Program-made: the position numbers and the translations under genes
The notes under the pieces: model-generated
The model's database searches: none
What the model saw: only the letters and a program-made list of their open reading frames with translations
Told to the model about the DNA's origin: nothing
Shown: one piece after another, positions 11,886 through 24,544 of the stretch
Position numbering within the stretch: the stretch's first letter is position 1
How the letters are laid out: each line of letters opens with the position of its first letter
Assembly (NCBI RefSeq): GCF_016432865.1
Contig: NC_067401.1
Span: 284,828,001-284,892,000, forward strand
Reading direction: 5' to 3'
Length of the DNA stretch: 64,000 nucleotides
Source: Antechinus flavipes
Lineage: Eukaryota

Positions 11886-13007
11886 AGCCAGTATGTATAC
11901 TACAAGAATCTGAGTTCTGACCTCTACTCCAAGCCAAGTGGTATAAGGTTTGGTGGTCTCTGCTTCCTCACTGTTCTACTCGATTTATATCTTTTCTGCC
12001 ATCTGTTCCTGACCAATGCCATTTCTCAGCTATCCAGGATACCCACAGTTTCCTCTTAGGAACCTTTGATTTTAGTAGGGGAAGCCTCAGAGATATGATT
12101 GAAGCTTTTGAAGGGGAGCCCACAGCTCTAGCTGTGGAGGACTAAATCGAGGATTCAGACCTCCTGAGACTTAATTCTGTTTATAGCTCAATTGTCTGTG
12201 TGTTCTGAGACTCACCTAGAACTAGGAGAATTGTATAACTTTACTACATGTCCTATCTCCCACCCTTCAGCTAGTGGTACTAACCCTATTTGAGAACAGT
12301 ATGGTTGAATAATAGCCATATTTTATATTTATCTAGCTATACAATTACAAAATGTGATTAAGTGACTTGCAAAAACACAGATTCAGCTGGGAAGTGGCAA
12401 TGGAGCAATTTGAACTACTCATTGTAAATGCATCACTTTTTCTGGGTCAGTATACTGCCTTTCCAGCCTTGGGGGAAGGGGGCTTCCTTACTGTATCTCC
12501 ACAAAGAATTGGTCATCCCTCCTCCTATGTCCTTCTTCTTGTCCAAGACTTGGCAAAGCACACTGATTGTCTCCCAAATTACTCTCATTAGGCACGGTGC
12601 CCAGAATAATCACCATCACCTAGGGCTCTCGGTGACAAGTACTGAAAGCAGTAGCCTCTCATCCCAGGGGAAGCTCAATAGCTCCTAAAATATGTGTGCC
12701 TCTAAGTTGGCTTGGGGCAGAGGTCAGAGCTCAGAACCCTTGTTCAATAGCAAAAGGCAAGTATGCTTCTGTAGAGTTGAATACGAAGGGAATCTTATTC
12801 TCTGGATTAAAAAAAGGTTGTGATTTGGGACATGTGAAGATTGTGAGTCTAATTCATTTATATGACAAATGAAGAAATTGAAACCCAAAGAGATTAAATG
12901 GTTTGATCAAGTCCAGGTTTCATGACTTCCACTTTAGTGATTTTGCCACAGTTTCAATTATATTCAGCAACTAATCATTAAGCTCCTACTATGTGTCAGG
13001 TCTTAGC

Positions 13008-13570
13008 AGCAGCTAGGTGGCACAGTGAATAAAAGGTCTGAGGCAGAAAGACTTGAGTTGAAATATAATCTCAGACACTCACTAGCTATGTGATTATGGG
13101 CAAGTTATTTAACGGCTGTCTGCCTCAGTTTCCTTAACTGTGAAATGGGGATAATAATATTATGTACCTCTCAGGGTTGCTGTGAGGATCACAGAAATAT
13201 TTTATTTTATTTTATTATAGCCTTTTATTTACAATATATATGCATGGGTAATTTTTCAGCATTGACAATTGCAAAACCTTTTGTTCCAACTTTTCCCCTC
13301 TTTCCCCCCACCCCTTCCCCCAGATGGCAGGTTGTACATATTAAATATGTTAAAGTCTAAATTAAATGCAATATATGTAAATACAATAACAAACATTTAT
13401 TGTGCTGTACAAAAAGAATTGGACTTTGAGATATTGTACAATTAGCCTGTGAAGGAAATCAAAAATGCAAGCGGACAAAAATAGAGGGATTGGGAATTCT
13501 ATGTAGTGATCACAGAAATATTTTAAAAGCACTTAGCATAGCACAGTGCCTGGCACAATAGTAGGCACTT
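13008..13570 (+). mobile_element. MIR split by an L1 insertion
   Basis: Head and core at 13008-13200; tail 'agcacttagcatagcacagtgcctggcaca' after 13525. Confidence 0.85.
13205..13507 (-). mobile_element. 5'-truncated young L1 with 17-bp target-site duplication
   Basis: TSD gatcacagaaatatttt at 13187-13203 and 13508-13524; T-rich tail; 'atatatgcatgggtaatttttcagcattgac' shared with the copies at 28.7 and 30.4 kb. Confidence 0.92.
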
Positions 13571-13579
13571 AAATGCTTG

Positions 13580-14030
13580 TTCCTTTCTCCCCTCGGAATA
13601 GAAAGGTAAAACTGTCCCTGCCCTCAAGGAGCTTATATTCTATTTGGGGTTTAACAACATGAACACATGTAAGCAAAACCCAAATAACAAAGTAAATCTA
13701 TTCAAGTTAATTTGTTGTGTATTTAGTAGGGAGATAATTTCTTTTCAGACGTGGCATATGAACAGAGTCTTCAGAGGAAGTAAGAATTTCAAGAGCCAGA
13801 GAATATTCCAGAAATGATGAATGATTTGATTAAGGGAATGGAGATGAAAGTTGGAATGTCTCATATGAGGAAGGGACAGCAGGTAGGTTAGTGTGGCTGG
13901 AATATTGGGTGCTTAAAGGAAATTAATGTGAGTTATCCAGAAAGATAAATTAGGGCCAGATAATGAAAAGTTTAATATGAGAAATGAGTTTGTGTTTTAT
14001 CTTATAGACAATACAAAGTCTGGGAAGTTT
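13580..14030 (-). mobile_element. L2 LINE fragment
   Basis: 'tccctgccctcaaggagcttatattcta' followed by purine-rich reverse L2 body. Confidence 0.6.
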
Positions 14031-16168
14031 CTTGAGTGAGCTGGAAAATGAAATGATTAGAATCTACTATTGGAATAACAACTCAGGTGAAAGCTTGAAA
14101 GATGAATGCAGGGAGAACAATTAAGTGTGTGTATATATATAGACACACACACATACAAAACTGTTACCTAGGGGAAAGACAACAAGCAGGAAAGGAACAG
14201 GAATGTCAGAAAGTGCTTCTCTTCCAATATATGCATTGTCCATTGGAGTCTTTAAGCATTTATTATGATGCATATGATTAGATTTATCACAAAACAAAAC
14301 AAATACTTTCATGAGAAATACTTTTGTACTTTCTTGCTTTTAATTACTCTGTATTTACTTAAATTTTTTTATTTAGGCTGTATATATATATATGCCTGTT
14401 ACAAGTAGGAACTGTTTAATTCACCTAGCAGAAGTGCATAACACATCTCAGATACTTAAAATGTCCTTGTTGACTGATTGATGGATGGCAGAAAGAATTT
14501 TCTGGCATAAAAAGTTCATTTCTAAAAAAGCTATATTAATTAAAAGGCATCCTTTGCTGTGTCTTGTGCTTGGGCAGCAGTGTGCATTTCCTACCTGTAG
14601 CCCTGGCTCCTGTCTAGTTTTTGTACCCCCCTGCAGGCTTTTAAAATAACTTTATACAAGAATGAACTTTGCCAAATTGGTGCGGGGTCAATTCTACCTC
14701 CCTTTAGGAGACAGTATCTTCCTCTTGTTGACTGGAGCTTGTAGTTTCATTGACAGTTTTAAAGTTGTATGGTAAAACACCTGGAGCAGACAGATACCTC
14801 TGGAAAATGGGTGTCATTTAGACTCACAAAACTAGCAGTATCATGGACTTAAATTGTTTCATTCGCATTGCAGGCACATAATGGATGTGGGCAAGGTTTT
14901 GGTCTTTATAGTACAATGTTATATTAAATAACATATGGCTGACTGAACTTGCTGTCAGATACCATTGTGAGATTTAGGACAATCCCCTGTCTGTCCTTAA
15001 AGGAACATAGCCAGTCAGTCCATTAAATGTTCATTTCTAATGTAAATTTTTAGATGAAGCCAATTTAATTTGATTCACTAAGACACCTCTTCATACTGAA
15101 ATGCAAACTTAAAAGAAAAATTTTTGAGCTAAGACCATGCAGGCTATGAACTATCTCTTTACCACATAAATTTCAAGGCATGGGGTCTTCTTGCCACAAA
15201 GGAGTCACTTTTGTGTTTGTCAAGATAAAACAATGCAACATATTCAGTTCAATGACTCCCTACCATTTGCGTTCTTTGGAAGTATTGTTCTGGACACCCT
15301 TACAAAAGACATGGAAATAGTCCAAAAAAGCAGTTTCTCTTGTTGCTTCTATAAGGCTTTCAGCATCCGTTGGCCTTTATCAGAGGTGGCAGGGAGACAT
15401 TTGTTCTGAAAGACATTAACCAATAAATATTATAAGTGGAAAAGCTTACTAATGTATAGCAGTATCTCTGATTTGAAGCTAATGGTTTTGCTTTTTTTTT
15501 TTTTTAAACCCCTTGTGTAGGGAAATCTGTGATTACATTTTATTTTTCTCTGCACAGGTGCTAGAATGCATTGCACAAACACAAACATATCCCACTTCAT
15601 GAGAGAATTTGGAAGTCATTTGCCTTCCATCTGTTTGCAGTAGACTGTGCTCTAAAACTGGCCAACCACCCACTCATTCTCCCACGCACCCACTCAGTGA
15701 CAGGGAGAAATGAGACTGCAAGAGAATGGGGGGGGGAAATCATAAACCCCAGAAGGCATTTAAAGGAATGACTTATTAGTATCATTTGGACAGCAATGAA
15801 TAACGCATGATAGCTTCTGGGGTTTCATATTATTCACAGAAGAGTACCCTTAATTCCACTCCTCACTTTCATACAGATATTCCTTTATTGCTGTTGCATT
15901 TCTAAGTCTGACACCAAAAATGCTTATAGAACATGACTGTTCTGTATACATGTATGCATTTTCCTGTGTCCATTGGGGAATACATGCCGAGAGTCTGTAG
16001 GTAGGTAGCACATCTTTTCAGAAAATCAGATGGAAAAGTCTATTTCAAGAGAGGCAGAGAGGACAGTAGAGCTGTAAACATTCTGCAGTGAGATAATGAA
16101 AGCCCCAGCAGGAGCACCTTCCAAGCACAGCTGTACAATTCCCTTTGCTCTCTAGAAGGCAGTGCACC

Positions 16169-16316
16169 NNNNNNNNNNNNNNNNNNNNNNNNNNNNNNNN
16201 NNNNNNNNNNNNNNNNNNNNNNNNNNNNNNNNNNNNNNNNNNNNNNNNNNNNNNNNNNNNNNNNNNNNNNNNNNNNNNNNNNNNNNNNNNNNNNNNNNNN
16301 NNNNNNNNNNNNNNNN
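16169..16316. other. Undetermined or masked block of 148 N
   Basis: Run of N, counted directly. Confidence 0.99.
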
Positions 16317-17023
16317 ACAGATAGCACATGACCCAGACAGAACTGTAATTGGTTAGCAATATTGTTGTGTCTTCTGGTTCTAGAATTATGCCCATACTGT
16401 GATGAAAGAAGTGCTCTTGATTTTCTTTTTCCCTTTCACTAAAGCCTCTTTTCAGTTGTTTTAGAAAGGAGAATATGGCATTTCCCCTCTCCTTTCCAAT
16501 ATATCCCATAAGCCATGGAATATCAAATTTACAAAACACTGGATTTAAGAACAGTGGGATTTGTTGCGTTGAGAGTAAGAGGATTGGGAAACATTTTCAA
16601 TTGCAGAGTTAAAGATTTTTGGAGGTCTTTTAATGATAACTTTAACAATACTTGCCAGAAGGTGTTTTGTTATATGTATTAACACTGAACCTGAGGATTC
16701 CAAGGCAAGGTGGAAAAATCTCTTCTATGTCTCCCCTTATTGAAGTAATAGAAGTGTTATAACTGAGCATGTTGGAGTGTTCTAAACTGCCGGCATTATA
16801 ATATGTTATCAGAGTCAATTGTGTCAGCGTAATGATGTAGTTCAGCAGTCTGTCACTTTTAAAAGAAAGAAATGTACAATCGTGAGTTAAATCAGTAAAT
16901 CAACTCTTTGTCCTTGATTCACTGAATGGCCTATTAATGGCCTTTCCAAAAATTTCCATGTAGTCAGAAGTTTTCCATTATAGCAATGTCATAATTCTTC
17001 TGTGTACACACAAATCAGCTTAC

Positions 17024-17128
17024 CTGCCACACCATGAAACAGAGAAGAGTGTGATTTCCATCACCTCAGATGTTGGCAGGAGAGCACGCTGACCCATTGC
17101 ACCAAATGTGAGCTGCAGAACATGATTT
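17024..17128 (-). other. Candidate 105-nt exon
   Basis: Minus strand: branch CCCTAAC (17151-17157), pyrimidine tract, first AG at 17129-17130, donor CAG|GTAAGC; one open frame. Confidence 0.35.
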
Positions 17129-18389
17129 CTTGGAGGGAGGACAAGGGAGTGTTAGGGTTTTCTCAGGCTATTTCTATGAGAACAGGCTTGACAAAATGGC
17201 ATGGATAAATTATATGGTTCTGGTGCATTAATTTGTGCCTAACAAAGCAAATGGCACAACACTGTTGATAAGCCATGGCAGCCTAGACAGGAGAAATGCA
17301 TTTATGCATGAATCAAGGTTTATATGTAAATAATCAACTGTTTTAAATCTTGTGACTATTTCAGGAATAGGGTTAGCTTAAACCTAATTTCAAAAATCTT
17401 ACAAAAGCCTCAGTTAGAACGGAACTGAATCTGGTCAGCTGTTGGAACAGATGTGTACACCTGGCAATGCCCAGGGTAGTGAGGGAAGAACAAGAGTTCA
17501 CAGTTAATAATGAGTTAACAGAACAAAGTTGTGATCTCTAAGACATTGTACACTGCAGAAAAGAACACTGGACAATCTATTCAAACCTCTACTCTTGGGA
17601 CTGGGGCAGAGGAGGAATCAGACGAAGTGGCTACACAATTCTGTGAGAATCTATGCTTTCTAATCTCTCTCTACCACTATAAAAATGGACTTATCTCTTT
17701 AGAGCCCAACTGATTGTGAGCAGCAACATGAATTTTTAGTGACTAAAAGATGTATAATTTATTGTATGAAAAGGAATATAATAGAGTTATGGAATAGGTT
17801 TCACATTTTTTAGATTTTTTTTCTTGAAACATAAAATTGCCAGTAAAAAGCAAAAGAAGAATTAAAGCATGAGGTACTGTCTCAAATAAATGATTAATGA
17901 GCATTTCAGGTGAAGGTGATTTTAAAAGGCAATAAAAAATGGCTAGTTTTGCTACACAGAATCATACAGACCTCACTTGGTACCATTACATATTGTTGTG
18001 ATCCCTAAAAACTCTATTGGGATCTATTTGAAATTATAAAGCAAGTACCTTGTATTATAGATATTTTCTTTAGAAGTGATGAATGAATTAATAAATTTTT
18101 TATTTGAACAGAGGTCTTGATATTTTTTAGTCATCATTTACTGAATTTGCACAAAATCAGTCAAGTACTTTTTTTTTTAAACCATCACAGAATCATCAGT
18201 CAGAGAAACACAAAAATGCCAAATACTTTAAGTATTTGGTAAATATAAAGCAACAATTTCTGATTATCTATTTCTATAGTTGTCAGAACAGTTCAAGGTT
18301 ATCTATCTTTTTTTTTTAAGTTAAGTTTGGAGTCATTGAAAATAACCCTAAAGCAGGAAGGGACAGGATTAATTATAGAACTTGATATG

Positions 18390-18391
<2 letters not shown>

Positions 18392-18425
<34 letters not shown>
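18392..18425. repeat. (TG)17 microsatellite
   Basis: Directly visible. Confidence 0.98.
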
Positions 18426-18426
<1 letters not shown>

Positions 18427-18819
18427 TTATATGTGACTACATTTCTTGTTATTTTATTATCCATTATTTCACATCATTAGATTTTAATTCTTCTTTCCTA
18501 TTGCATTAAGAACTATAGTTAAGAATTTATCATATATATTTTCTTTTGTACCCTTTTCCATGTGATATTTATATTAGTAAGTGTATAGGAATAGGAATAT
18601 GAAATTGTGAAGCTTTTCTTGACCATAGTTTATTTGCTACATATACTATAATCATTGTAGCTATTTGCTAAATATACTATGACAACTAGAGTATATTTAC
18701 TTTGTATTATATGCTATAATTTTTCAACTGAATTATAAAATTTAAGAGCTAAGATTCTAAATCTGTGACTGAAATGATACAGACATGATATAAAGGGGGA
18801 AAAATTGAGGTGGAATATT

Positions 18820-19045
18820 TGTTTTTGTTGTTCAGTCATACATGACACTTTGTAACCCTATTTGGGATTTTCTTAGCAAAAATACTGGTTTGCCATTTAC
18901 TTCTTCAGTTCATTTGACAGATGAGGAAACTTCCGCAAATAGGGTGAAGTGCCTTGCCCAGGGTTGCACAGTTAGTAAGTGTCTGGGGTCATCTTTGAAC
19001 TTTCTTCTTCCTGACTGGAAGTCTGGCACTTTAAGGTGGGCTAGA
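18820..19045 (-). mobile_element. Mar1-type SINE
   Basis: 'tttgggattttcttagcaaaaatactggtttgccatttacttcttc...gacagatgaggaaact'. Confidence 0.85.
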
Positions 19046-19320
19046 CCTGTGATATTATTGGTTTAGGGAATTCCCAATGAGGAGGTTCCTTGTACCTATA
19101 CAGATTGCTATCTGCTTTATAGTATGTAACCAAAATTGACTGGGAGTACTAAGAGGTTAAATAACGTATCCAGAGTCACATAGAGAGACAGACCTTGAAA
19201 ATAAGTCTTCCTAATTTATAGACTAGCTCTCTATTCAGTATTTTATGCTTTCCTAAGAAAAAATGCCATAAACTTGATCCTATATTTCAAGTGATGGTAT
19301 AAATATAAGGAATAGATGCA

Positions 19321-19435
19321 CAAGTCATTTAACCCTATTAGAGAAGGAAATGGCAAACCACTCCATTGTCTTTGCTAAGGAAACCCCAAATGGGATCAAG
19401 AAGTCAGATATAACTGAAACAACTAGATAACAATA
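19321..19435 (+). mobile_element. Mar1-type SINE tail
   Basis: 'agagaaggaaatggcaaaccactccattgtctttgctaaggaaaccccaaatggg'. Confidence 0.8.
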
Positions 19436-21199
19436 GAATGGATTCTCTTAGGCTAATTCTGATACTAATGTGTACACCAATGAAACAATTTCTTGAAAGT
19501 ATTGAAATATTTTGGTTTGCCTTTTGGCAAGTCTTACTTCTGAAAATTTCCTAAGGCATTATTGTCCAAGAAATGAATTTCAGACAAGATAAAATAAGAT
19601 GTGTTGGCTCTTAGTTTATGTCACATTTATTCACCTAAAAATCCTATTATGTAATAGGAAAGAGGCAGAACAACAAGCCTAAAATTATACAGAATTTTAA
19701 AAGCATTTGACAAAACATATACTCATTTGTAGGCTATTATTTTTGTTGCTTATGAGAATCTTTAAAGGACCAATTCTCCAAAAGAATAATTCTAGTGATA
19801 TGAAAAATTGAGAATCTGTTATTTTAGAAGACTTGGCTGGTTATTTTAACCAAGGAGATTTGAAAGTTGATGCCAAACTGAATAGATAGACGAAAGAGCT
19901 TTTCATTAAGACATATTATTTTGAAAATTAGAAAGAGCGGATATATGAGCTCACAGTTTTGACATGGGGCTTGGACAAGCCATTCATTCCCAGTTTTACT
20001 TTATTGTGCTTTATTGTGCCTCAGTGTCTCTTACTATAAGATATAGAGAATTCTGCTTTGCCACTTATCTTCTTCACTAATGCATGGTGAAGATTTAGAC
20101 GCTGAGCTATATAGGGGTTAGCTGAATTCTTTTGAAGCTGTCCCAAGCTCTGTGCAATGAAGAGATCTAGTAACTACACAAAATGAAGGATAATCTGGTT
20201 GATTATTACTATTATTCTCATTTCAGCATGCAAACCATGTGGCACAAACAAACTAATAAGGGCTGGAAATGAACTAAATTAAGGTAGAATTTATTTCAGT
20301 CTACTACAACGAGAAACTAGTATTTAATAAAAGAAAAAAGGGGGAATATTGAGAGTCAGAATAGGAATTGCAACGTATACAAATCCTAGTGTAGGAGGGG
20401 ATGGATCTTCCCTTATTAGCAGGGATGCGCCCAGTGGGTATTCTTTCTGATTTCAATGGGATCATAAATAAATAAAGTAATACTATCATTGATTCCTTGG
20501 GATGGCAAAGGCACTTTGTAGATTACTTAGTCTGTCTTACTCAGTTGTGGTCCTAGAAAGGATTTTTATTATTCCTGATTATTTTATCATAGTGTCATTC
20601 CAAAGTTGTGATACATGTATACATTGTGTGAGATTGCAAAAAGCTTTGAGTAGCACCTACAGGAGGCTTTGTATAATGCATCCAAGGTTCAGCTAATTCC
20701 AAGTAGCAAATGTGGATGACGTAAACAATCCAATCTAATATAGGAACTTTGGCCATCAGATATAAAACCACTGATTTGCAATTTTTGATTTCTCTTTCCC
20801 TGCCTCAGACTAATATTAACTTGAATGATTTAATCACTCAATCTTTCTGGTTATAAAATAGGAGGTGGGTTAAAGCATCTGGTATTTATACTTTAAAGTG
20901 GCCAACTCCTCTTTCTATGTTTTAAGCCAACCTTGCTTATCTTGGTAGCCTTTAACTTTCTCAAGGAGCAGTGTATTGACAAAGAAGGTAGCTGACTGAC
21001 AATCTCCACTTTGGGGCATCTCTCTCTAGAAAACACACATTGACCTTTTCCCTACCTTCTGGGCATGTGATATAATCTTGCTTATGGACTCCTTCCTATG
21101 AAGGATATTTTGATATTTTCCTTTTTCCTTTCCTAATTTCTCAAGTGATAGCCTCCTTAAGAAACAAAAACAAAACAATGCATTATACTTCTATTTTTT

Positions 21200-21620
21200 A
21201 AAAACTTTAATGTCATTTGCAATAATCTGCCTCTTTCCAGTGGAATCTTCACTTATAATATGGAAGCATTAAATATAGTTAAGCAAAACAAACCAGCACA
21301 TGACTATTCCTGACAATATATGATTAATTTTCCAGTTATAATCTATAGTCTTCTCTGCAAAGAAGATGGAAGTAGTTTTCATTATAAGTCCTCTGGTGTT
21401 GATTAGTCATTGCATTTATATGAACTGTGATTCTTAGCATTGTTTTTCTTTATATGATTTTGAACATTGCATATATTTTTCTCTTGGTTCTGTTTACTTT
21501 ACTCTGCATGAGTTCCGACATATTTTCCCACAGTTCTCTGAATTCTTCATTTTCATTTCATAAAAACATCACATTTTATGCATATACTGTTTGTTTAGCC
21601 ATTTTCCAATTAGAAGTCTC
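21200..21620 (-). mobile_element. Old marsupial L1 3' region
   Basis: 'ttctcttggttctgtttactttactctgcatgagttc' motif shared with the 26.8, 31.3, 41.6 and 44.2 kb copies. Confidence 0.65.
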
Positions 21621-23694
21621 TTTCTCAGAAAAAAAATGGCCACTCTCCTAGACATATAGCTGATCAAATAGTTAGATACTACTAACCTAAAGTATATTCA
21701 AATTAAAGTTGGGTTAGACCACTCAAAAGAAATGAATCTAGCTATCACTAGAAACCAATTTATGAAAAAAAGGTGATTTTGAAGACTTTTATTGAGCACA
21801 GAATGTCCTGATAAGTGCACACAAACTAATATCAGATGAATTATTCATTCCCTTCTTGGGAATATTCTCTATTTCAATGACATGATTGAGGGCAAAGACA
21901 AGGGTGTATATTTTATGGGCTCCTTTTATTGTAATAAAAACAAATGTATATAACAGCTACAAATGAAGTATTTCTATTCAATTTCACATGAAAAATATTA
22001 AGTACCTGTTATGTTCCAGATGTTGTGCTGGTAGCTAAAAAACAAAACAAAATCCAAACCGCCAAAACTCAGTTCCTATTCTCAAGAAGTTCTTGAGTAA
22101 ATTCTATTTGGTATTCTTATCAGTTTCCTAAACAGGAAATCATATAGTCTTTGCTACATTGAAGATGAATGAAAAAAAAAAGGATTTGGGGGGAGATATT
22201 TTCATGCAGAATTCTGGTCAATAATCCTGATGACTAATCCTATTTTGGAAATTTTCTTTATCTATAATTTTTCATTACCCTGAATGTTTTAAGGTTGCAC
22301 AATCGTCCTTTGAAACATACAAGATGTAGACAACCAACCCACCAACAACCAACAATGTTCTAGTTAAATTCCAACTATGTGACAAATACCATGTTAGCAC
22401 AAATTAAAAAACTAAACCAATATCTACTCTCAAGGAGCCTATATCATAGACAACTTTGTGCTAATATCTTGGGAGGTAAGAGTTTTATTCAATGCACTTC
22501 TGTTAACATATAAAGTTGTCTAGTGGCATCCACAAAACTGAGAATACTAACATTAGTGAGGATGACTAAATGCAAGAAAGGAGGTTGACTGGTCAAATTG
22601 CTTGTCAGGTTAAGAAGCCCTTTGTTTCTGTTTAGCTTTCTGAAACAAGACAGATTATGATATTTTCTGTTAATTTCTTCCCTTAATGAGTTTCATTAAA
22701 ATCAAAGCTTCCGGAAGACTGAATCTTGACAGCTGTCTAAAGGCTGTTTCATTTACTTGGGGATGTTTAGACTGAATAATTATTATAGCTTGGCTGTTTT
22801 TTTAAGTATCAGAAAGAAATGAATCCCTTGGAAAGTGTAGCATACATTTTTAGTCCTTCCTAGCTGTGTGATTCTGTGGTCTTCAAAAGAGACCATTAAA
22901 ATCATATATTCTTTGAAGCAAAACCATACTAAGTCATCACATGGTTGCTTCTTAATGGCCCCCTGGTTCTTAAATGCTGAAACTCACCTAATGAGGGTGG
23001 ATTGAAAGAAAGGCTTTTAGAGGTTAATAAAAACAAATTGTCTTTTTTTGAAAGATTAGTTTATTTGGACTTGGAAGGTCATTTAGCATATGGCATAAAA
23101 CCATTGTTTTGTTATTTTGATTTTTTTAAAGGCAGCATATTTTAAAATTTGCTGATGAAGGTACATTTGTACTCATATGCATGTACTTAAATCCTTCATC
23201 ATATTCGTTATATTTGTGGTATCGTTAGTTTCTTTCTCGTCTCCTCCCTTTTATATTGCTTGGGACCAAAAGGGCCATTTGATACTGTTAAATGAAAATC
23301 AATGCTGGCATTTAAGCTGAAGGAGCTGTTGGAGGAAGGTGAAAAGTAGGGGACTGGAAAAATAAGGAGAAACTGAATTTCAGAGCAGTTGGCTACAGGT
23401 TAAAGGTTTATTCTGGACATTTGCCACCTGTTTTCATAGACTGCTGCAGCTGATAACAGTTTGGAATTGGAGAAGGCAGTTTAGGCTAAGAGTGCTTCAA
23501 TTTATAGTCACAGTTTAAGATTTCAAGATATGAATGGAAGATTGCTTATTATGGGGGCAAACTCTTCTCTTCCTCTGCAATAACTCAGAGACCAGTTATA
23601 GTATTGCTTTTGAAACTAGTTTTTGTTATTGTTGGAGTGGTATAAAATATTTGAAGATGATTTAAATGAGGGTTGAACCTTAAAAAATGGAGAA

Positions 23695-23850
23695 AGACAT
23701 ACAGAAATATCTCCCTACACACAGAGAGAGAAACAAAGACAGAGATAGAGATGAGACACAGAAAGACAGAGATAAAGACAGGGAGACAGGATCAGACAGA
23801 GAGAGATGAAGACAGAGACAGAGAGAGACACAGAAAGAGACTGAGTTTGA
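23695..23850. repeat. Purine-rich (GA/GACA) compound repeat; 23695-23764 has an inverted copy at 25574-25661
   Basis: Directly visible; alignment given in findings. Confidence 0.8.
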
Positions 23851-23999
23851 ATGGATAGCTGGAATCTGCTGGTTCAAAATCATTTTAGATAGAAAACTAT
23901 CCAGGAAAAGATTGGTCTTTTTTTTCGATTATAAAAAATGAAGAGCTCTTGTATCATTGAGGAGTGATGCCAAATGGAGAGAAGGGAAGATTAAAAATC

Positions 24000-24262
24000 A
24001 AGGCAGGTAGATGGCTGAGGATAGAATGCTGTACTTGGAATCAAGAAATTCTGAGTTTAAATCCAGTCTCCGATACTTAATAGTTGTGACTGTGGGCAGG
24101 TAATTTAATCTCTATTTGCCTAAATTTCATCATTTGTAAAATGGAAATAATAACTGTCCTACCTCCCAGGGTTGTTGTGACGATCAAATGAAATAATATT
24201 TCTAAAGTGCTTAGCACAGTGTCTGGCATATAGTAATCATTATACAAATATTAGCAGTTATT
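24000..24262 (+). mobile_element. MIR SINE, near full length
   Basis: Head, core and 'cctacctcccagggttgttgtgacgatcaaatgaaataat...gtgcttagcacagtgtctggcatatagt'. Confidence 0.85.
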
Positions 24263-24544
24263 ATCTACCTATGTTCTACAGGCATTCAAGGTCTAGGTTT
24301 TCATGGTAGAGAATATATTTAAATTTTATGAAATTAAATGGGGGGAAAGATGCCAAATCTCTAGATTACTAGCAGCAGAATAAAATCCCCAAAATGGAGA
24401 AGCCATCCATTAAAATGAATATTTTGGCAGAGGAAATTAAAATATTAATAGTAAGTATTTCACTTCCTACTGTTTTCTGCTGTTATTGAACCACATTGGA
24501 TTATCCAATTCAATTCAATAAATACTTATTAAGCAAAATATTTC

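Larger units (their letters stand above)
14490..17530. promoter_or_regulatory. Transposon-free island of about 3 kb (cluster of CNE-like elements)
   Basis: No recognisable SINE or LINE over 3 kb in a window that otherwise has one every few hundred bp; contains the second N block. Confidence 0.5.

Noticed and set aside
16147-16160. CTCF-like motif tctctagaaggcag
   Set aside because: Only about 11 of 14 positions match, including a core mismatch; expected by chance.
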